From the NCBI GenBank assembly GCA_951406725.2, contig OX597821.1:26474001-26538000 (forward strand): a stretch of 64,000 nt of DNA, given 5' to 3'. The notes below the pieces were generated by a model. That model searched no databases and was not told the origin of the DNA. It saw nothing but the letters and a program-made list of their open reading frames with translations. Origin of the DNA: Octopus vulgaris. Taxonomy: Eukaryota. A program made the position numbers and the translations under genes. Below are positions 55,598 through 64,000 of this stretch, one piece after another; within the stretch, counting starts at the first letter, position 1, and every line of letters starts with the position of its first letter.

Positions 55598-55869
55598 CAT
55601 ATATACATAGATACATACATTTATTCTTACATACATATATAGACACATACATATATACACTCATACATACATACATACATACATACATACATACATACAT
55701 ACATACATACATACATACATACATACATACATACACTCACACACACACATATATTTCATTCGATTAAGACTATAATCTCGAAGGTGATGCCCCTTGAAAC
55801 AAATAAACGATACAAAATACCACACAGATATGTAAGTATTTGTGTGTGTGTCTGTGTGTGTTTATTCAT

Positions 55870-56725
55870 CAAGAATAGTAGCTGTTAGATCATGTGAACT
55901 CAATAAAGCCATCCATACAGTTCACAATGGAAGAGGAAAAAGACCATCAGCTAGCATTCCTGGCCTTATTAATAACACGCACCAAGTATGGATTCAGGAC
56001 ATCCGTATACCGCAAGCCGACTTTCACTGGACGATACCTCAACTTCAAATCCCACCATCCATATAGTGTAAAGAAAGGGATTGCTCAGTGCCTAAAACAT
56101 CGAACAAAGAATATAAGTAGCGATCATGATACACACCACTAAGAAATGATCAAGCTCAACAACAATCTTTTAAGCAACAACAATCCCAAAAGCATACTCT
56201 CCACTCCAATTATGAAGAAAAGAGAAGATGAAACGAATAAGCTGTCCACAGTCTCTCTGTCCTATGTGAAAGACCTCTCCGAAAAGATACAAAAGATATG
56301 CGGCCCATATGACATCAGGAAAGTATTCAAGAGTAATACAACACTTCGCAAATATCTCCTTCGAGTAAAACCACCAATAGAAGAGAATATGACTAAGAAC
56401 TGCGCGTACTCCATCCCATGCAGTTGTGGTAGGTTATACAAAGGCGAAACATGCCGCCCCCTCAAAATAAGTGTAGAGGAACATCACAAAGCTGTGGCAC
56501 GTGGAGATATTGATAAATCGGGTATAGCTGATCATGTATGGAAAAATGGAGACCACTTCTTCCTGTGGGATGAAGTTAAAATAATAGACAGTGAACACCA
56601 CTGGAAAATACGAAAACTAAAAGAAGCAGCAAATATACTAGGAAACAACAAGCTCCTAAACAGACCGAGTGCAGATATGAACAGCATATGGGAACCGGTA
56701 TTAAGGAAGGATAATAGAATATTAG

Positions 56726-56768
<43 letters not shown>

Positions 56769-56945
56769 TCGAAAAATACCTTAGGAATGAGAACCCAGGT
56801 TCGAAATTTCCACAAGACACCCGATGAAGGCTGGAGGGTATATCAGCCGAAACGGTGTGTTAACAACAAACAAGATGAGGACAAATATCCGTCAGTTGTA
56901 AATAACGTAAATAATGTACATAATTCATCATCTCTTATATATAGA
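55870..56945 (+). mobile_element. Penelope-like element 3' part (RT C-terminus and GIY-YIG endonuclease) with terminal repeat remnant
   Basis: VYRKPTFTGRYLNFKSHHP..VKKG, AYSIPCSCGRLYKGET.R.L....EEH and KS.IADH. Confidence 0.88.
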
Positions 56946-57339
56946 ACTGAAGAATAGGATTCACAGTGACTACGAAGTTTCGGCTAGCTAAGCCATCATT
57001 GGGTAGTCCAACTCTTCGAAGTCACTATTTTTGTTAAAAAATAACATATTTACACTTTTCAGAATTATGGAGTAACCTTTCAGATTAATGTAAAAATGTT
57101 TTCATTACACTTAAATATTAAAATATACATTTACCTATACTTCACCTACACTTTTGAACCATCATGTCATCTGATGTGGCTATTTAAACCGGACAATGTT
57201 TTGAAAAGACACCTACATAGATTGTATATCCAATTTGGGCCACCAAGAGCTGTAGTTAAGTTCTGATGTTTTTAGATCTTAAAATGTCGTTTGAGGCCTC
57301 CGTTAGATTTGTAGACCTTCTGGAATAACATATAGGCAC

Positions 57340-58200
57340 TATAGGTGGTGGAAATACTTCTACGAATTCAAAGTGCAGCACAAGCATTTGCTGGTTTGGC
57401 GTCACGCTTTTGGCGCCAACGACATGTAAATAACAATACAAAATTGGCTCTTTACAAATCATTTGTCTTACCATCCCTGGTGTATTCTTTTGAAACGTGG
57501 ACTTGTTATGAAAGACATTTCATACTGTTAGAACAATTCCACCAAAAATGCCTTCATCGCATTTTAAACATTAAATAGAGTTCTTTTACTCCAAAACAGA
57601 TGTCCTTGCGTCAGCTGGCATCACCTCAATTAAAGCGATGATTCGGAAAACCCAAATGAGATGGAGTGGCCATATTGTTCGAATGGCGCAAGAACGCACA
57701 CACACACATACATACATATATGCATACATACATACACAACACCCCGTGGACTAATTTTTAAAGGTCTGTCAGGAATTCAGCCTATCAGTCTGAAGAAGAC
57801 CAAAGTGCTGGGCCAAGGTGCTAAGCACCTTTCTCCACCATCAATATCACCATCACCATCAACAACTACAAGCTGGAAGTAGTCCATGAATTCACCTACC
57901 ATCACTGATGACCTCTCCATGGACCCTGAGATCAAAGGGAGAATTGAACGAGCGTCCTCCATATTTGCCGGGCTCACAAAGAGAGACTAGAAAAATAGAA
58001 AACTAGCTGCAAACACTAAGATTGCTGTCTATACGGCGTGCGTCCTTAGCACGCTACTTTACGGCAGTGAGACATAGAGCTTCTACTCCAGATAGGAGCG
58101 GCGTCTTAACGTCTTCCACCTTCGTAATTTGAGACGCATCTCGGATAACAAGTGGACCGACCACATCATCAACATCGAAGTCCTCAGCTGCACCAGGATA
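57340..58200 (+). mobile_element. Two RTE LINE 3' fragments
   Basis: TKLALYKSFVLPSLVYSFETWT...LEQFHQKCLHRILNI and the TKIAVYTACVLSTLLYGSET-like segment at ~58015-58075. Confidence 0.8.
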
Positions 58201-58450
58201 CCCAGACTGTGTATAAAATTTCAAGAAAATCGGTTGAAAACTTTAAAAGTTATGGCAGAAAATAACATTTATACGAGAATTTGCATTGAAATGTCCTATC
58301 GATTTTATTCTCAGATTTACACACTTTTTGCAGCTACCTTCAGTTTTTTTAAGCCTTGTAACTGAACACGGGAGGCTGGGCCTCCAGTGTTGCCTCTCCC
58401 GATGCATTTAAAGCCATGAAATTTTTAGGCTGGCTCGGGTAAAATAACAC

Positions 58451-58493
<43 letters not shown>

Positions 58494-59262
58494 CACATAT
58501 ATATATATATAAAGTTAATCCAAACAAGAAAGCACAAAAAAAGCACAAAAAAACACAACAACGCGAGGACGTGGAACAAATATAGTATTATTGGACGCTC
58601 AGGAAAGAAGGAGGGTTTAACGTTTCGAGCGGAGCTCTTCGTCGGAAACATAGGAGAAGGAAAGATCCAGAGAAGGGAAGACAGAGGAAAAAAAATCGTC
58701 AACGGTACACACGAGGTCACATTATATATATATATGTGAATATATATGTGTGTGTGTGTGTGTTTGTATCTGTGTATTTTCATTTGTGTTTGTTTCTTCC
58801 ACTGCTTGACAACTGGTGTTGAATTATTTACGTCCTCGTGACCTAGCGGATCAGCAAAGAGACGGATTGAATAAAAACAGTACTGTTGCTGATTTTATCG
58901 ACTTCAAGCTAATGTCTCAGTATGGTTGCTTTCAAATGACTGAAAAAACTAAAAGATAAAAGCTATAGACATACATACATACATACATACAAACAAACAC
59001 ATGTGTGTATGTTCAGTTGGTTAGAGGGCGTGGGGTGAGGGTGGAGTCGAAGAGTACGGTGGGGGGAGTTTACTGTGGTGTTAGTGAATTCAGAATTTAC
59101 TATCTTGACCATTGATATCGCTGAGATTTCTGTTGGTAGATTAAACTATTATCATCTAAGATATCTGCACTTTCATAATATAATATAGAAATGTAAATAA
59201 CTTATATCATGAAACTACTTGTTTAGCAACATACATGTTAAATATGTCACTTTTCTTTGCAG

Positions 59263-60727
59263 GAAAGAGATGTGCGATGGAGCTGTGAAATTCGCAAAGG
59301 CTCTGATGAAACTAGGCATTGAAAAAGGAGACAAGATTGCATTTTGTGTTCCTAACTGTGTGGAATGGATGAGCTACGATATAGGCATCATGATGACGGG
59401 AGCATATTCTATGAGACTGATATTTGGATTAGCAGATATGAAATCTATTATAAAAGGATGCAGTGCTGTTGTATTTGGTTCCAAATCTATCTGGGACAAT
59501 TTTTTATCCATTGCACAAATAAGCGATAATGGAAAAGTATCTTGCGAAGCGTGTCCTGATTTGAGGTTTGCCATTGATGTGTCTAATACACACAGACCAG
59601 CCAATGCTTTATCTGCTGCTACATTGATGGCAAAAGTAAGCGACGATGTCGCAGTTGAGTTTCCTTACATTGACCCAGAAGATATTGCATCCATCAGTCA
59701 GACTTCCGGAAGCACTGGTGTGCCCAAAGGTATTTGTCACAGCCATTTTGAATACTTAAACAACAAGGATTTAGATTTTAAAGACACTTCTCTTGTCATA
59801 TTTAGCAGTCGGCCAATGGGATATGGTGGAGGATATCCTTTGTCTGTGCTAACCAGAGGATCATTGCATGTCACTGGAGATGTAGAAATGTTGAATGATC
59901 CGAAGAACCTCGATTTTGTTATAAAGATATGGCAGAGTGAAGAATGTAACATTGTTGGTGTTGCACCACAAAATGTGAAGCGACTTAGCGACCGCGATTT
60001 CCGTGTCAATATGATAATGTCAGGTGGAGACATCATTACCCGGGATACAATAGAAAATGCTTTGAAGGTTGCAGATTCATTCATAGTTGTTTATGGAAGT
60101 ATTGAATCTTTCTACATAACTAATAGAATTTTTACACTAGAAAACATTTCGGAACATCAACAAGGAATTTTGGGTCGACCACTTGAAGGAACGGAAATCA
60201 AAATTGTTGACGAGGAGAAGAGAGTTGTGGATATTGGAAAGACAGGCTATTTGTATTTTCGAAGTAAATGGATAGCAAAAACATATCTGGATGGCACCTC
60301 ATGCTTAGAAAATGGTTGGTATCCAACATCAGATATTTGTTACTTAACTGAAGATGGTGATCTCATAATGGTTGGAAGAAGCACAGATTTTATTAAGAAG
60401 TGTACAGTAAAATTATCTATTAAACTTATTGAAGATTACATTGGACGTCATCCGAGTGTAGATGCTGTGGTTGTTGTACCAATCCCTGACCAGGCAGTTG
60501 GAGAACGTGTATGCGCGTGCGTTACCGTTCGGCCAAATCACGAGTTCAATGAAGAGGAATTGAAAAAGTTTTGTACGGAAACAATGCCGAATCCAGATAA
60601 CTTTGATTGTGTATCGATGCACCCTGATTATATTTTATATTTTCCTTCATTTCCACTTTTGGCCAGTGGCAAGTTTAACAAAAAGATTATAAAATGCTTG
60701 GCCTATCAGAAAATTAAAGAAATGTAG
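59263..60727 (+). CDS. Terminal exon cassette 6, AMP-binding enzyme (536 aa spliced); most divergent copy
   Basis: Acceptor ttttctttgcAG|GAAAGAGATG. Intact ORF, one codon shorter in the first variable block, with YGSIE; AATAAA at 60811-60816. Confidence 0.88.
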
Positions 60728-61499
60728 TAATAAATTAAATTACCAAGATTAACAAACGTGTATTTTAGTTTTCCATGTTTAACATGTTAACGTGCTAAGG
60801 TTTCCTTCTAAATAAAGGCGACATGCTTCGTTAAATATATTTATATGTGTGTATGCTTACATACATACATACATACATACGTATATGCATATATTCATAC
60901 ATACATACATACATACATACATACATACATACATACATACATACATACATACATACATACATTCACTCTTATTATCTCCCCTTCACTCAACCTCTTTCTT
61001 CGGGTCATTTCATCATGTTGAACAATTAATCTCAACAAACAATTTTTGCTGTTTCCGTTTTTTAGCTGTCTTTCCATTTCTCCCCCTTATCCCTTTCTGC
61101 CAAAGACTTCTCCATTGTTCTGGGGCTACTTGTTGTTCTCTCACCTGTCATTGACTTTAGTTTTCTGTACATTTGAACAATATATATATATATATATGTG
61201 TGTGCGTGTGTGTGTGTGTGTGTGTGAATCTCTGTGCGCATGTGTGTGTGTGTGATCATTACAACATTCAACTCAATGGTATTTGGTTTTAATTATCGTA
61301 TAATTTAATTAATAATGTGATTTAATTTACTTACGTAAAACGATTTGTGTATGTACATGTGTGTTTATACTCATTAATATTTTTAAAATTGACAGTGAGG
61401 TTACAATTAAAAGTATCCGGTTACTTATTAATCTATTTATGAAATTAAATTATGACTAGTATTAATATAATCTATATCTAATTAATATAAACTATAATC

Positions 61500-63310
61500 T
61501 ATATTTGATTTACATTAACAGCTACTGTTTCATCAGGGATTCCAGATGCCTTAAGGATTTCTACCGTCATATCTCTGTGTAGAGAGTCAAAGGCATTGGA
61601 AAAATCAACAAAGAACAAAACTGCATTAAGGTTTTTGGCTCGTACCTCTTCCAACATCCTCCTAACTATGAGAATTTGACCTGATGTAAAGCGGCTCTTC
61701 CCGAATACATTTTGATTTTTCCTAAGAACTCTTTCAATTTGAGGTTGGATTCGATTGAGTAGCAATGCATTGTAAATCTTCGCTGCAATTGGTGTTAATG
61801 TAATTCCTCTGTGGTTTAAGGCAAGGCCCAGATTCCCTTTTAGCGGAGAAAGGCAGAATACATCCTCCTGTTCAGACTTTTATCTCGCTTTGATGATATA
61901 CTGAGTTGCACGTGTTGAGAAGAATGTCATTGAAATCGCCAGACTTCAGGAGGGATGTCATCAAATCCTGCAGCCTTTCGGTTTTTGGTCTTCCTCAGTA
62001 CGACTTCAAGCTCTTATATCGAGAAGGGCCCCTGCTTGATATCTAGGACCTCCTCAACTATACGATGGATGAGCTGGTTTGATGTATTCGGTGATTTCCC
62101 AAGAAGGTTTTGAAAATGGTCTTTTCACTTACTCAGTCCCTCCTGTGGCCTAGAGGCTTTCAACGTCTCTTTGGAAGATTTCTCCCGACTACTCACTTGG
62201 TTTACTGTCTGCCACGTCAAAGAAGACGCTTTGTTGTCTGCTGCGTTTTTGATTTTGTCGATTTGACTTTGAATGTATTTTTGCTGTTTCATCTGATATA
62301 GTACGTCAAGTTCTTTCAGTACCTTCGTTTTTCTGTTTAAGTTTCTTCTCGTAGGATTCTTTTGTACTGTTTGGTTATTTCCTTTATGTTAATTCTTTTT
62401 GCAAGCACTGTGTCGCTTTCCCAAGGGGCTCTTCGTTTCAATTTTGTTCTCAAAGGGATGCATTTTTCAGCAGCCTCATAAAGACCTTGGACGAAGTTAA
62501 GATATATTGGTTTGGGGTGTGATCTTCGATTGAATCTTGTATCGCATGGAAGCGATTTCTGAGTTTGATCGCGAAATCATTTCGGACTTTCTCGTTGTAT
62601 GTCAGAATATGCCAATTTTAGGGCGGTCTTGAGGTTGCTTTTATCGTATACCTGAAGCTTAGATGTTATTACTCGATGGTCATATGATACACCAAAGAAA
62701 GTGTTGCATGCTTCACAGTTGTGGCAGCTGTTAATCCAATTTATGTTCATGACAAGATAGTATAGCTGAGCTTTGAATCCGTTTGGGGAAGTATGGGTCC
62801 ACTTCTTTCCCGATCGCTTCTGAAAATAAAGTGTTCAGGCATTGAAGTTTGTTTTCTACCAAGAAGTGCTCTAAGTATTCTCCATTTCACTTTGAGGTTT
62901 TGATGGAACGAGTATTTATGATGGGGTATTTATCATGGCCTATTGTGCATTCATATCTCCGCCAATGATGAGGATGTTGTGTTTTCTTATAGATCGTACA
63001 AGAGACGATAAATCGCTGACATTTGTTGGGCTGTAGCAGCGGGAGACTTTAGTGGAAGGTTTACCGTTGAAATTGGCAACTATTATTCTAGATGTTATTT
63101 TCTCAATGCTGGAGAAGTAAAGAACTTGTGAGTAATGTGTTGCTGTGGACACCAAATCATGGTACCACAGTGGTTGGAAGACCCCGAAAGACCTATATAG
63201 AACAGCTTGCAGAACATGCTGGATTCCAAGTTAAAGACCTGAACACATTAATGAAAGATTGGGAGGGATGAAGAGAGGTAGTCAGGCAGTCCCGGGCAAT
63301 TAGCCTGACT
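61500..63310 (-). mobile_element. Decayed RTE-X-like LINE (endonuclease and RT N-terminus)
   Basis: YSPTN, LIIGGDMNAQ and LLNRIQP.IE.VLRKNQN.F...R.T..QI...RR..E....KNL.AVL.FVDFS.AFDSLHR. Confidence 0.8.
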
Positions 63311-63621
63311 AGATGATGCCGCGATGAAGACAAGAAGAGGTACTGTATAATCTTACGATCTAATTTATTTACGTAAAACTATGTGTTTGTGTATATGTAT
63401 GCTTATATTCATAAATATATATATATATATAGTTGAATATGAGTTTACAATTAAAAGAGTTTGATTATTGATCAACTATTTATGAAATTAAATATAATAT
63501 ATATGTTAATATAATCTATATGTTACAATTAAATTATGTATATATATATATACATACATACACACACACATTTATATATATATATATATATACATATATA
63601 TATACATATATATATATATAC

Positions 63622-63676
<55 letters not shown>

Positions 63677-64000
63677 CATACATATATATATACATATACG
63701 CACATACATAAATACATACATATAGACACATTATTATAAGAGATATAATATTCTGTTATTTATGAATATAGATTAAGCCTATTCTTTACGAAAACTTATG
63801 ACCTCAATGGATTCAGAAAATTCATCCAATAAAGAGGAACTTTGTATTACTTTATAACAATTTTATAGTTCAATTAAATTTAGTAAAAACACATTTCGCG
63901 GCGAGAACAGAAGACAATTTTTTTCATTCTTTAAGTTGAAAAGATGGTTCTTAGACATAAGAATTTTGTATGTTTCCTCTGTACACAACTCACATCGTTT

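Noticed and set aside
59219-59262. N-terminal extension MFSNIHVKYVTFLCR of the 502-aa ORF
   Set aside because: Starts at TTG and is read-through of the intron's branch and pyrimidine tract.
43138-60622. Recurrent antisense ORFs (MAGLCVLD..., MSPPD..., MHRYTIK...)
   Set aside because: Shadows of the duplicated sense exons, with no independent evidence.
43034-60727. Six independent single-exon genes starting at MYDG/MCDG, as the ORF track implies
   Set aside because: The proteins would lack the N-terminal segment up to motif A1, copy 3 has no ATG there, and every copy has an in-phase splice acceptor 7 nt upstream.
43027-60727. Bacterial NRPS or operon, or contamination
   Set aside because: No condensation or carrier domains; spliceosomal signals, poly(A) signals and host microsatellites/TEs are interleaved with the copies.

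Overview
AT-rich, microsatellite-dense animal genomic DNA. The SINE families, (TAA)n-associated LINEs and repeat landscape suggest a coleoid cephalopod such as Octopus; this is an inference. Positions 1-41.5 kb and 61-64 kb are almost entirely decayed transposable elements: tRNA-SINEs, R4/Dong, Tx1, RTE, Penelope, Gypsy, Tc1/mariner, a Merlin-like MITE and Helitron ends. The main result is at 41.5-60.8 kb. The six apparent tandem acyl-CoA-synthetase (ANL/AMP-binding superfamily) ORFs are not six complete genes. There is one N-terminal coding exon (ATG 41607, GT donor 41753, phase 2). It is followed by six ~1.46 kb paralogous terminal exons, each with an in-phase splice acceptor (CAG|GAAAGAG), a stop codon and a poly(A) signal. 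No second copy of the first exon is visible between them. This looks like a constant-5'/variable-3' cassette gene that could make five intact enzymes plus one frameshifted one. Their differences cluster in the carboxylate-substrate pocket. All of this was read by eye from the sequence; no expression data or database searches were available.
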